A stretch of 19,743 nucleotides of DNA. Origin: a candidate division WOR-3 bacterium. GTDB lineage: Bacteria > Hydrothermota > Tepidihabitantia > Tepidihabitantales > DTDR01. The notes beneath the pieces were generated by a model. The model did not search any database and was not told where the DNA came from. It worked only from the letters and a program-made list of their open reading frames with translations. Position numbers and translations under genes: made by a program. The stretch is from positions 1-19,743 of the forward strand of contig JBDRVN010000035.1 in NCBI GenBank assembly GCA_039801885.1, written 5' to 3'. Of this stretch, positions 1 through 8,607 are shown in pieces; the first letter of the stretch is position 1; the number at the start of each line of letters is the position of its first letter.

Positions 1-1493
1 GACTCAGCAAGACAAGAAGGTAAAACTGCTGAATCAAAAGCACCAGGCATACAAGAGATAGCATTTATTATGCATAAGGTATTTGTATTTGTCTGTTGAC
101 CACAGTCATTTCGGTGATATTGGGGAGTTTCGGAAGTTATCCAACTTCCTTCATAATTTCCATGGGCAACAAGATGGACAAAATGGAATTTCTGGTTTAT
201 TGAATCCCTAACTTCATATCTTCTTCCTGTATTTGTTCCTTGATCAAGTAATCTATCTGTCCAATCACTGGGGCTGAAATTAGCAATAGTATCCTGAGAT
301 TGCATATGATTATATCCAGAAGAAAGTAAGGCACCTGGTAAAAGAAGTCTTTTCTGATAAGTGGTATCCGGTGTTTTTAAATACCTAAACAATTTATTTA
401 CAAAATTATCCACTTGAGAAGTGTTCTCCACCGGCAATCTGCCAATATAAATATCATGATACAAATCAACAGTATCACCTGTCCATTCGCCAAAACGATT
501 ATTATTATTTCCATCCCAAGACCAATCTAAATCCGCATAATATAAATCAGAAGCAATATACCAGGAACGAGTTCCATAGGGTAAAACTGCCTGCCTTGTG
601 GGCACAACTGGATTATTATAATCTCCATCCCCACCTAACAAAACACATATCAAGCTTTGTGTCTGGAAATAATGTTTTATAAAATTCCTTATCTTCTCCG
701 GCAAGTCTCTACCTTGATAATTACTATTCACCCATTGGGTTGTCCTTATTTCTGTCCATAAACCGGTCTTCCTTAACCAATCCCTTAAGGGAATAAAACT
801 AGAAACTAAATTGGTATCGGTCAAAATAATATAATCAATCCCCGGATTATCGCTTGCTCTTAATGGCGGCGAAAACCGATTAATATCTTCGGGATTAATA
901 ACTAAATATTTTATATCTTGAGAAAATGCCTCTCTCTGTCTTTTTGTTAAATTAATAACTTTGTGCTTTCCTTCTTCATAATTGATTCTGATTTTTATTT
1001 TGGTATAAAGAATTAATTTCTTCTCCTTTGGTATGTAATGTAACGGAAAAAGAAAAACACCACCAATCCGAAAGCCAGATTTATTTCCACTGGGAATAAT
1101 CTTATATATCTCTTTTGGATACTCTTCTTCGGTCTCATAAAACTTTTCGTCAATTATCAAAGGATATTCTTTCTCATCTTCGGAAATTGGTCTTGGCATT
1201 TGTGTTGGATAAAGATAATAACTACCAGGAAGTTCCTTTTTTTCTAATTCCAATATTTCAATAAAACTGATTTCGGCATCGGCGGGAATTAAGATATTAA
1301 TGTTTTTAAAAGGAATAATTGGCTTACCAACCTCTTCTAATTTAGAATCACAGCCTGCTAAATTTATTAAGTCGTAGTTATCAACTTTCTCAATCTTCAT
1401 TCCGTCTTCGGAAAAATAAAATTCTTTAACAAGAAAATTAGCGAAAATAAAATTGATAAAAAATAAAATAATTAAAAACTTTTTAAAACCCAT
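1..1493 (-). CDS. C25 family (gingipain-like) cysteine peptidase precursor, 3' end outside the window
   Basis: Not in the ORF track; translated by hand from ATG at 1493 with SD CAGGAGG upstream. Signal peptide MGFKKFLIILFFINFIFA, a propeptide-like region (VGKPIIP..ILIP, FPLHYIP), then the C25 motifs YVLLGGD, ASDLYYADLD, IYIGRLPV, catalytic-type AHG (His codon 162-164) and ISC (Cys codon 51-53). The frame is open to the window edge. Confidence 0.88.
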   Translation of the reverse strand, partial: MGFKKFLIILFFINFIFANFLVKEFYFSEDGMKIEKVDNYDLINLAGCDSKLEEVGKPIIPFKNINILIPADAEISFIEILELEKKELPGSYYLYPTQMPRPISEDEKEYPLIIDEKFYETEEEYPKEIYKIIPSGNKSGFRIGGVFLFPLHYIPKEKKLILYTKIKIRINYEEGKHKVINLTKRQREAFSQDIKYLVINPEDINRFSPPLRASDNPGIDYIILTDTNLVSSFIPLRDWLRKTGLWTEIRTTQWVNSNYQGRDLPEKIRNFIKHYFQTQSLICVLLGGDGDYNNPVVPTRQAVLPYGTRSWYIASDLYYADLDWSWDGNNNNRFGEWTGDTVDLYHDIYIGRLPVENTSQVDNFVNKLFRYLKTPDTTYQKRLLLPGALLSSGYNHMQSQDTIANFSPSDWTDRLLDQGTNTGRRYEVRDSINQKFHFVHLVAHGNYEGSWITSETPQYHRNDCGQQTNTNTLCIINAISCMPGAFDSAVLPSCLAE

Positions 1494-1525
1494 TTTGACC
1501 TCCTGAAAAATTTTTAACATTATAA

Positions 1526-1554
1526 AATTATACAAAATTTTTGGTAAATATCAA
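1526..1554 (-). promoter_or_regulatory. Putative sigma70-type promoter of the C25 peptidase gene
   Basis: Minus strand reads TTGATA-16 nt-TATAAT, ending about 33 nt upstream of the ATG. Confidence 0.55.
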
Positions 1555-1662
1555 AAAAGTTAACGCCGCCCTTCGCAAGCAGGAGGTGTGTGTTTCTACG
1601 GTGGGTAGGAACCACAGAATGATGGACTTGCGGAAGGGCGGCATCCCTTTTATTCTCATTGT
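1553..1662 (-). ncRNA. Candidate structured non-coding RNA or 5' leader (long GC-rich hairpin with internal loop); family not recognised
   Basis: Arms 1565-1579 and 1627-1642 form a 15-bp stem with one bulge. There is an apical stem at about 1587-1616. A TTGACT-17-TATATT promoter lies upstream and a U6 tract (1553-1558) downstream on the minus strand. The GC content is far above the surroundings. The strand is inferred from the promoter and U-tract. Confidence 0.55.
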
Positions 1663-1668
1663 GAGAAA

Positions 1669-1697
1669 AATATAAAGAAAAAATTTTGAAAAGTCAA
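1669..1697 (-). promoter_or_regulatory. Putative sigma70-type promoter for the hairpin RNA
   Basis: TTGACT (1697-1692), 17 nt, TATATT (1674-1669); predicted +1 at A1662. The palindrome TTCTCA-ttg-TGAGAA (1653-1667) overlaps the start site. Confidence 0.55.
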
Positions 1698-1713
1698 TAA
1701 TTAGAGATAATTA

Positions 1714-2898
1714 CTAGAAAATTTCTTTTATTCTCTCAATTGCCCAATCAATCTCTTCTTTTTTGATAATTAAGGGTGGCGCAAATCTTATCACATCTTC
1801 TCTGGTATCTTTTGCCAAAATTCCTTTTTCCATTAATTTTTCACAATAAGGTCTTGCCTTTTCTTTCAATTCCAGACCGATTAATAAACCTTTGCCCCGA
1901 ATTTCTTTTATAACCGGTGATTCTATCTCTTTTAATCTATTAATAAAATACTCACCAATTACTTTAGCATTTTCGGGTAATTTTTCTTCAATAATTACTT
2001 TTAAAGAAGCAATCCCCACCGCACAAGCCAAAGGATTGCCACCAAAAGTGGAACCATGATCTCCGGGAGTAAAAACATCCATAATATTATCATTCGCACA
2101 GATTGCCGAAACCGGATAAACACCACCACCCAAGGCTTTTCCTAAAATCAATATATCCGGTTCTGCTTCTTCATATTGGTAACAGAAAAGTTTTCCGGTT
2201 CTTCCTAATCCGGTTTGAATCTCATCCAGGATAAATAAAACATTATTCTTTTGACAGATTTCTTTTGCTTTTTTTAAATAACCTTCTTTGGACACAATTA
2301 CTCCACCTTCTCCCTGAATTGGTTCAACTAAAAAGCCAACAGTATTTTCGTTTATCGCTTTCTCTAAACTTTCTAAATCATCGTAAGGAATAATTTTAAA
2401 ACCAGGGGTTAAGGGACCAAAACCAAATTTATATTGTTCTTCGGTTGAAAAACTAATAATCGTTGTTGTCCGACCGTGGAAATTATTCTCGCAAACAATG
2501 ATCTCGGCTTGATTTTCTTTTACTTTCTTTTTTAAATATCCCCATTTTCTTGCCGCTTTAATTGCTGTCTCAACTGCCTCGGCACCAGTATTCATTAAAA
2601 GAACTTTATCTTTTTTAGTGATTTCGCAAAGATATTTACAAAAAAGTGGAAATTTATCGTTATGGAAAGCCCGCGAAGTTAAGGTGAGCTTATCAGCTTG
2701 TTCTTTTAAGGCTTGGATAATCTTCGGATGACGATGGCCTTGGTTTAATGCGGAATAAGAAGAAAGCATATCTATATATCTTTTTCCTTCCACATCGTAC
2801 ACGTAAACACCTTCACCATAAGATAAAACAACTGGTAAAGGATAATAATTCTTCGCACTATATTTGAATACCAAATCAATATAATCTTCTTTTTTCAT
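1714..2898 (-). CDS. rocD: Ornithine--oxo-acid aminotransferase (class III PLP enzyme)
   Basis: OAT-type motifs NYYPLPVV, SSYSALNQGHRHP, TSRAF, MNTGAEAVETAIK, NFHGRT, EPIQGEGG, DEIQTGLGRTG, PLP lysine in LGKALGGG, HGSTFGGNPL and IRFAPPL. Confidence 0.93.
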   Translation of the reverse strand: MKKEDYIDLVFKYSAKNYYPLPVVLSYGEGVYVYDVEGKRYIDMLSSYSALNQGHRHPKIIQALKEQADKLTLTSRAFHNDKFPLFCKYLCEITKKDKVLLMNTGAEAVETAIKAARKWGYLKKKVKENQAEIIVCENNFHGRTTTIISFSTEEQYKFGFGPLTPGFKIIPYDDLESLEKAINENTVGFLVEPIQGEGGVIVSKEGYLKKAKEICQKNNVLFILDEIQTGLGRTGKLFCYQYEEAEPDILILGKALGGGVYPVSAICANDNIMDVFTPGDHGSTFGGNPLACAVGIASLKVIIEEKLPENAKVIGEYFINRLKEIESPVIKEIRGKGLLIGLELKEKARPYCEKLMEKGILAKDTREDVIRFAPPLIIKKEEIDWAIERIKEIF

Positions 2899-2902
2899 AA
2901 TC

Positions 2903-3247
2903 TTAATAAATCAAAATTGGTATCTCCAATTCTTTCAAAAAATCTTCGTATTCTTCCCCCAAAAGCAGAAATTTACTTTTTGGCACAATAATTAACTCAG
3001 CAGAAATGGTTTTTGCCAATTCTAAAATGTTAAATAACGAACCTTTTTCCATACCAACCGAAAAGGGAACTTTCTCACATTCCAACTTTTCACATAAAGA
3101 AAATAAAAAATGCCAGTGCTCTCTTTCTTCTGTTTGATTTTCCGGAAAACCTAAAAGAATTATTTTTTTCTTACTTTCCTTTAAATAATTTAAAATTTTA
3201 GAATAGATATCTTCTTTTTTATCTACCACTAAAATAATGTTACCCAT
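2903..3247 (-). CDS. Small hypothetical protein, possibly universal-stress-protein-like fold
   Basis: N-terminal NIILVVD strand, GSL..ILELAK..AELIIV and C-terminal EIPILIY resemble the USP layout. It abuts the upstream stop codon (TAA-ATG), so it is operonic. Confidence 0.5.
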   Translation of the reverse strand: MGNIILVVDKKEDIYSKILNYLKESKKKIILLGFPENQTEEREHWHFLFSLCEKLECEKVPFSVGMEKGSLFNILELAKTISAELIIVPKSKFLLLGEEYEDFLKELEIPILIY

Positions 3248-5161
3248 TTACTTTATTATTTTAATTAAAAATAGAAAATTTGCAAACAAGAGAGTTAAGA
3301 AAGTAACAATAATTCCTGCTTTTAACCAATCGGAGAAACGAAAAGATTTTCTAAAACTTCGCTCATAAACACCGATCGCTACCAAATTGGCGGTTGAACC
3401 AATCATCGTCAAATTACCACCGAAACAACCGCCAATTAATAAGGACCAGTATAATTGATTTGCCAAGGGAATGCCTTTTAAAGTTAAATCCTTTACCACC
3501 GGAACCAAAGCAGCAACAATTGGCAGATTATCAACAAAACCCGATAATATACCGCTTCCCCACAAAAGCATTGTCAAAGTACCAAAAGTCTCCTTTAAAT
3601 CTTCTCTAAAAAAAGGAAATCTTTTGGCACCCTCACTTAAAAGATAGGCTAATTTATGAGTTACGCCGGTATATTCTAAACAAGCCGCATTAGCAAAGAG
3701 AAACATAAAATAGAGAATTGTCCACCAATCCGGTCCCCTTTCCACAAAAAAGCGAGAATATTCTCTTTCGTAAAAGACAATAAAACCAACAATTAAAAGT
3801 CCGGCACCCAATAACATTGTCCTTTCTTCTACCTTTAATAAATGTTCAATAAGGGAATGGTTAATTACTAAAATAACAAAGACTAAAAAAATAAAAAGAG
3901 CAACCCTTAATTCTTTTTTATCAACTTCTTCTTCTAATTTTTTTAATTCTATTTTATTTTCTAATTTAATATTTTTTTGATAAAGAAAGAGAATAATAAA
4001 AATGGTAAAAAATAAAGAAAGTAAAGAGATAGGAGTAGAATTTTTTAAAAAATCTAAGAAGGTAAATTTTGCCGAAAAAGCCAAGTAAATCCCAATTGGA
4101 TTACCAATTAAAGTTAAGGCACTGCCAATATTTGTTGCCATTACCAAACCAATTAAATAAGGAATAATATTTCCTTTTGTATATCTCACAATTTCAATAG
4201 CAATACCAAAGGTAATCAAAATTGCTGATACTTCGTCAATCAAACCACCCAAGAGAGCGGAAAAAAACATTAAAGAACTAAAAAGAAGAAGCGGTGATTT
4301 ACCAAAATATTTAATTGCTTTAATAACTAAGTACCTAAAAACCCCTTTTTCACTAAACCATTTTACCATAATCATTACGGCAATAATAAAAAGAATTGTG
4401 GGAATGGACATAAATTTTATTGCGGTTTCAATATCTACTACTCCGGTTAACAAAAGTAAAGTTAACGCAAAACCACCAAAGGCAACTCGGTGAGAAAAGA
4501 AGAATAAAGTTCCCAAAACCATTGAGAAAAATAACACTAAAGCAATAATCTCTTTTTTTATCCAGAAAGGGGAATTAAAAGGCGAATCAAAAGGAAGTTT
4601 TAATGTGGTAAATAAAAACTTAGCAACTAAAAATATTAAACACATTCCAAAAAGATAATAAAAAACTTTCTGGTATCTTTTAAAGAAACCTAACTTCCTT
4701 TTATAAATTAGGTATTCGTAAACTTCCTCTTTAGTTTTGGCAGATAAAATTTGGGAAAGAATTTTTTTATTATGGAAAATATGAGCGACATAAGAAAGAG
4801 TTTTTAAATAAAAGTTACGCTCTTCTTCTTTAGAAAAAAGAAAGACTACCAAATTTACTGGTTTTTGATCTAAGGCTTGCCAATCAATCGGTTTTTTTAA
4901 GCGCAAGATTAAGGTAAAAGTCTCTTTTATTGTTTTTAAACTCAGATGGGGAATAGCAATTCCTAAACCAACACCCGTGGAACCAAGATTTTCTCTTTCT
5001 TTCAACAAATCAACAAGTCTCTCTCCTTCCGCTTTATCAATAATTTTCTTTTTTTCTAAAAATTCTTTAACAAAAGAAAAAATTTCTTCTTTAGTTTTAA
5101 ATTCTAAATCTAAAAAAATAAATTCCGGATTAAAAATTTTTTCTAACCTATTTTCTTCCAT
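3248..5161 (-). CDS. PTS EIIA(Ntr/Fru-type) domain fused to an ArsB/NhaD/SLC13 (ion transporter superfamily) permease
   Basis: The first ~150 aa carry RENLGSTGVGLGIAIPH (EIIA type-2 phospho-His motif) and PIDWQALDQKPVNLVVFL. The remainder is multi-TM with the IT-superfamily repeats ATNIGSALTLIGNP, SGFVDNLP and GGNLTMIGSTANLV. Confidence 0.85.
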   Translation of the reverse strand: MEENRLEKIFNPEFIFLDLEFKTKEEIFSFVKEFLEKKKIIDKAEGERLVDLLKERENLGSTGVGLGIAIPHLSLKTIKETFTLILRLKKPIDWQALDQKPVNLVVFLFSKEEERNFYLKTLSYVAHIFHNKKILSQILSAKTKEEVYEYLIYKRKLGFFKRYQKVFYYLFGMCLIFLVAKFLFTTLKLPFDSPFNSPFWIKKEIIALVLFFSMVLGTLFFFSHRVAFGGFALTLLLLTGVVDIETAIKFMSIPTILFIIAVMIMVKWFSEKGVFRYLVIKAIKYFGKSPLLLFSSLMFFSALLGGLIDEVSAILITFGIAIEIVRYTKGNIIPYLIGLVMATNIGSALTLIGNPIGIYLAFSAKFTFLDFLKNSTPISLLSLFFTIFIILFLYQKNIKLENKIELKKLEEEVDKKELRVALFIFLVFVILVINHSLIEHLLKVEERTMLLGAGLLIVGFIVFYEREYSRFFVERGPDWWTILYFMFLFANAACLEYTGVTHKLAYLLSEGAKRFPFFREDLKETFGTLTMLLWGSGILSGFVDNLPIVAALVPVVKDLTLKGIPLANQLYWSLLIGGCFGGNLTMIGSTANLVAIGVYERSFRKSFRFSDWLKAGIIVTFLTLLFANFLFLIKIIK

Positions 5162-5169
5162 AAGATATT

Positions 5170-5229
5170 ATTATAACATTAGCCACATAAAAGTCAAAAA
5201 TTTGACTTTTTTAAATATTTTGTTATCAT
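5170..5229. promoter_or_regulatory. Back-to-back divergent sigma70-type promoters
   Basis: Minus strand: TTGACT (5197-5192), 16 nt ending TGT, TATAAT (5175-5170). Plus strand: TTGACT (5202-5207), 16 nt ending TGT, TATCAT (5224-5229). Both are extended -10 promoters. The two -35 boxes form a perfect 10-bp inverted repeat AAAAGTCAAA-aa-TTTGACTTTT (5189-5210). Confidence 0.7.
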
Positions 5230-5230
5230 A

Positions 5231-5254
5231 ATATATGCATAATTACGCATATAT
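5231..5254. promoter_or_regulatory. Probable ArsR/SmtB operator
   Basis: 24-bp palindrome ATATATGCATAA|TTACGCATATAT with one mismatch, located between the -10 box and the arsR-like start. This is the usual position for ArsR/SmtB autorepression. Confidence 0.7.
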
Positions 5255-5633
5255 GAATATAAAAGGTTATACCGCTATCTTTAAAACCTTAAGTGTTATT
5301 ACTCGATTAAAAATAACTTGGATTTTGAAAAAGGCAGGAAAACCCCTTTGTGTTTGTGAAATTATGGATGTTTTAAAAGAACCCCATTATAATATTTCGC
5401 GCCATTTAAAAGAGTTAAAAAATGTTCATTTAGTAGAAGAGAAAAAAGAGGGTAAATGGGTTTTTTATTCTTTAACAAAAGAAAAAGACCCATTTATAAA
5501 AACATTATTAAAAACTATTGAAAAGATTCCTAAAAAATTTTTTACAGAAGAAGAGAAAAATTTAAAGAAAAGGTTAAGTTTAAGAAAAGATAATAAAGTA
5601 GTAGTTGGCTTAAAAAGGAGGAATAAAAAATGA
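5253..5633 (+). CDS. arsR: ArsR/SmtB family metalloregulator (start may be 5235 or 5253)
   Basis: FKTLS..TRLKI, LCVCEI (alpha3 CxC metalloid-site type), ISRHLKELK and EGKWVFYSL winged HTH. Confidence 0.88.
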   Translation: MNIKGYTAIFKTLSVITRLKITWILKKAGKPLCVCEIMDVLKEPHYNISRHLKELKNVHLVEEKKEGKWVFYSLTKEKDPFIKTLLKTIEKIPKKFFTEEEKNLKKRLSLRKDNKVVVGLKRRNKK

Positions 5634-6676
5634 TAATTAAAGAATTGATTTTCGGTGGTCTTGATTCTCTAAAAGATTATATTGCTTTTCATATTTTAAC
5701 CTGTCTCATTCCAGCTTTTTTACTTGCCGGTGCAATGGTGACATTTATCAACCGCCAGGCAATTATTTCTTTACTTGGTGAAAAGGTAAATAAGCTAAAA
5801 TCTTTCTCTTTAGCAAGTATTTTCAGTTTTTTTCTGGCAGCTTGTTCCTGCACAGTAATTCCCGTAAGTAGTGGCCTTTATTATAGTGGAGCAGCAATTG
5901 GTGTTGCTTTTATTATCCTCTGGGTAGCACCAGCAAGTAATATTCTTTCCTTAGTCTATACGGGAAGTATTTTGGGAAGCCAAATGGTAATAGCAAGAAT
6001 TACTTCCGCAATCTTAATGGCTTTTCTTGTGGGCTTTGTTATGACCCTATTTTTTGGAAAAGAAAAAGAAGAATTGAGTTTTGTTAGAGAAAAGGAGAAT
6101 ATTAAATTTTTAAAAACAAGAGATTTAATTTTTCTTATCCTTATTTTACTTTCTTTACTGATGCCTAATTATTTAGGAAGAAATAGTCCTTATATTAAAA
6201 AAATAATTATCTGGCTTATCTTTACAATTATTATGGTTATTTACGCAGTTATTTTTATTAATAAAGAAAAAATAAAAGAATGGCTTTATGAAAGTTGGTG
6301 GTTTGTAAAGATTATTTTACCATTATTACTTTTGGGAGTTTTTATTGTTGGTGTTGTTGGTAAAATAATTCCCGAAAGTTTTGTTAGAAATTATCTTGGT
6401 TCCAAAGGAATTTTCTCTTCTTTTTTAGCTACTTTAATTGGTGCGATTAGTTATTTTGCGACGATGACGGAAGCACCTTTTGTCCATACTTTAATGAAAT
6501 TGGGAATGGGAAAGGGACCGGCATTGGCTTTGCTTTTAACCGGTCCGGGTTTAAGTTTACCTAATTGGCTTGCGATTGGACGGGTTTTTGGTTTTAAGAA
6601 AACTTTGGTTTATGTACCAACAATAATTATTTTAGGAACTTTAATTGGTTTTATTTTTGGAAAATTTATTTTTTAA
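5630..6676 (+). CDS. ArsP/DUF318-type permease
   Basis: HILTCLIPAFLLAGA, ACSCTVIP, YFATMTEAP and GMGKGPALALLLTGPGLSLP motifs; multi-TM; ATGA overlap with the arsR stop; SD AGGAGG. Confidence 0.85.
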   Translation: MIIKELIFGGLDSLKDYIAFHILTCLIPAFLLAGAMVTFINRQAIISLLGEKVNKLKSFSLASIFSFFLAACSCTVIPVSSGLYYSGAAIGVAFIILWVAPASNILSLVYTGSILGSQMVIARITSAILMAFLVGFVMTLFFGKEKEELSFVREKENIKFLKTRDLIFLILILLSLLMPNYLGRNSPYIKKIIIWLIFTIIMVIYAVIFINKEKIKEWLYESWWFVKIILPLLLLGVFIVGVVGKIIPESFVRNYLGSKGIFSSFLATLIGAISYFATMTEAPFVHTLMKLGMGKGPALALLLTGPGLSLPNWLAIGRVFGFKKTLVYVPTIIILGTLIGFIFGKFIF

Positions 6677-6688
6677 AAGGAGGTAATT

Positions 6689-6928
6689 ATGAAGATAATA
6701 ATTGCTGGACCTGGTTGCCCAAGATGTCAGGCAACCGAAAAGAATGTAAGAGATGCCTGCGCTGAATTGGGAATTGCTTGTGAAATTACCCATCTTTATG
6801 ATATAAAAGAATTTGCCAAACTTGGTGTAATGTTAACACCAGCAGTAATTATTGATGACAAAGTGGTTATTTCGGGAAAGGTACCTGCTGTTGAAGAGTT
6901 AATAAAAATATTGTCGGAAAAGAAATAA
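6689..6928 (+). CDS. Small redox-active disulfide protein (MTH895/Thioredoxin_3-like), copy 1
   Basis: GPGCPRC, GVMLTPAVIID and SGKVP; SD AGGAGG. Confidence 0.9.
   Translation: MKIIIAGPGCPRCQATEKNVRDACAELGIACEITHLYDIKEFAKLGVMLTPAVIIDDKVVISGKVPAVEELIKILSEKK
6701..6853 (+). repeat. Direct repeat copy 1 (thioredoxin core), pairs with 9337-9489
   Basis: 153 bp with 4 mismatches; the first 83 bp are identical. Confidence 0.92.
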
Positions 6929-6929
6929 A

Positions 6930-7637
6930 ATGGAAGAATTCAAGGAAATTTTATCATTAAAACTTTTACCTGTAGGAGTTAAATTTCTTCAAAAAGAAGA
7001 ATCTACTAAGGGAGAATTTTTGGCAAAGAAACTAACCTTTTGCCAGTTTGTCCATGGAGCATCCCAAGAAAGGTGTTTATTTAAGATAACTAAGGAAAAT
7101 TTAGGTTGTGCCTCAGCTCAATTTGTTTTCGGTTTTCGGGAATATAACGAAAAAGATATTGACCATCATCTAAGACAATTTACTTTTAGTAAAGAAAGTG
7201 CTAAAAAATTAATTGAGATAAAACCTAAATTACCAATTAACCAATTTACTGGTTTATTGGTGGGCGACATCAATGGTTTTACTCCTGATAAACCAGATGT
7301 GGTAATTCTTATTATTGATAGTGCTCAAGCTTTACCATTAATTGAGGCTTATACTACTGCTTATGAAAAGGATATCACTTTTTGTAACGGTGTGAGCTCG
7401 GCTGTTTGTTCCTACGGAGTAGTATTTGCTTATCAAACAAAAAAACCAAATCTTACTATTCCCTGCGTTGGAGCAAAAAGATACGGACTTTTCCAAGACC
7501 ATCAACTTGTCTTTTCTTTACCTTGGGAAGTTGCTCAAGAGATAAAAAATCAACTAATAAGATTTGCCAAAAGTAATAAACTCCATTTACCCATTAAACA
7601 AGCATATTGTTCACCGGTTAAAGAAAATGAAAAATAA
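6930..7637 (+). CDS. DUF169 family Cys-rich protein
   Basis: PVGVKF, FCQ, GC..A..FG, PDVVIL, AVCS and PCVGAKRY pattern; this family is often found in ArsR/ArsP clusters. Confidence 0.75.
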   Translation: MEEFKEILSLKLLPVGVKFLQKEESTKGEFLAKKLTFCQFVHGASQERCLFKITKENLGCASAQFVFGFREYNEKDIDHHLRQFTFSKESAKKLIEIKPKLPINQFTGLLVGDINGFTPDKPDVVILIIDSAQALPLIEAYTTAYEKDITFCNGVSSAVCSYGVVFAYQTKKPNLTIPCVGAKRYGLFQDHQLVFSLPWEVAQEIKNQLIRFAKSNKLHLPIKQAYCSPVKENEK

Positions 7638-8607
7638 AGGAAGATTTTTAGTAATAATTGGATTAACTATTCTTATTATTTTAACAATTTTCCTGAAAAG
7701 GAAAACCGAAACATCACCAATAAAAAAAGTAGAAGAAAAAACTACCCAAATAACTGAAAAACCTCTCTCGGAAACCCTTTCCGTAACTACCGAAAAAGAA
7801 ACCCTTTTTAAAAGTCCTCAAGAAAAACCCGAAAAAGATTATTTAGCAATTGTGAATAACTTTAAGATAACTAAAGAATATTTAGAGAAAATCCTTCAAT
7901 TGCTTCCTGAACAATATAAAGAAATCTATAAAAATGATAAATTATCTTTTTTAGAAGAATTAATTGTTCGTGAACTTTTATATCAAGAAGCAGAAAAAAT
8001 GGGAATTGCTTCCCAAATTATCGAAAAGGATATAGAAAAGAAAAAGGATTTAGCAATCCAGGGATTGCTTAATGAACTCAGTAAAGATCTTGAAGTCTCT
8101 GATAAAGAAACAGAGGAATTCTACCAATCCCATAAGGATGAGATTAGCGGTAACTTTTCCGAAATAAAAGAAAAAATAAAAGAATACCTAAAAGAAGAGA
8201 AAAGAAAAGAGAAAATTGACAGATTTATTGAAGAGTTAAAAAATAAAGGCAAAATAATAAAAAATGAAGAATGGATTAAACAACAAGAAAGGCTAAAACC
8301 CCAAAATCCTTTAGAAAAGGCATTAAAAAGCAAGAAACCGACAGTTGTTGATTTTGGCGCTGGTTATTGTATGCCCTGCAAGATGATGTTACCAATTTTG
8401 GAAGAATTGAAAAAAGAATACAAGGATAAAGCAAACATTATTGTTTTAGAAATTTCTGAATATCGGGATTTGGCTTATAAGTATAAAATAAAAGTAATCC
8501 CAACGCAAATCTTTTTTGACAAAAACGGCAATGAATACTGGCGACACGAGGGCTTTTTGCCAAAAGAAGAAATTATTAAAAAATTAAAAGAATTAGGTTG
8601 TGAATAA
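7627..8607 (+). CDS. Membrane-anchored SurA/PrsA-N-like chaperone domain fused to a C-terminal thioredoxin
   Basis: Likely start ATG 7627 (MKNKGRF followed by a TM helix) rather than TTG 7564. The middle region has LAIVNNFKIT, LEELIVRELLYQEAEKMGI and VSDKETEEFY. The C-terminus has VVDFGAGYCMPC, IPTQIFFDKNG and RHEGF. Confidence 0.75.
   Translation: MKNKGRFLVIIGLTILIILTIFLKRKTETSPIKKVEEKTTQITEKPLSETLSVTTEKETLFKSPQEKPEKDYLAIVNNFKITKEYLEKILQLLPEQYKEIYKNDKLSFLEELIVRELLYQEAEKMGIASQIIEKDIEKKKDLAIQGLLNELSKDLEVSDKETEEFYQSHKDEISGNFSEIKEKIKEYLKEEKRKEKIDRFIEELKNKGKIIKNEEWIKQQERLKPQNPLEKALKSKKPTVVDFGAGYCMPCKMMLPILEELKKEYKDKANIIVLEISEYRDLAYKYKIKVIPTQIFFDKNGNEYWRHEGFLPKEEIIKKLKELGCE

Noticed and set aside
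1510-1535. dif/Xer-like site (TTTTAACATTATAAAATTATAC)
   Set aside because: It only partly resembles the XerD arm, has no XerC arm, and is explained by the overlapping -10 region.
1561-1645. Purine riboswitch (GTTTCTAC), SRP RNA (CAGG/AGCAG) or tRNA identity for the hairpin
   Set aside because: There is no three-way junction with the purine P2/P3 loops, no SRP GNRA-capped helix 8 geometry, and no cloverleaf or T-loop.
1528-1659. 43-codon minus-strand ORF (MRIKGMPPFRKSIILWFLP...) starting 3 nt after the predicted TSS and running through the hairpin
   Set aside because: The sequence is better explained by RNA pairing and has no recognisable protein features. It is not called, but a leaderless peptide cannot be excluded without ribosome profiling.
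7564-7626. N-terminal extension of the thioredoxin-fusion ORF from TTG 7564
   Set aside because: It overlaps DUF169 by 74 nt. ATG 7627 gives a typical basic-then-hydrophobic anchor with only a short overlap.
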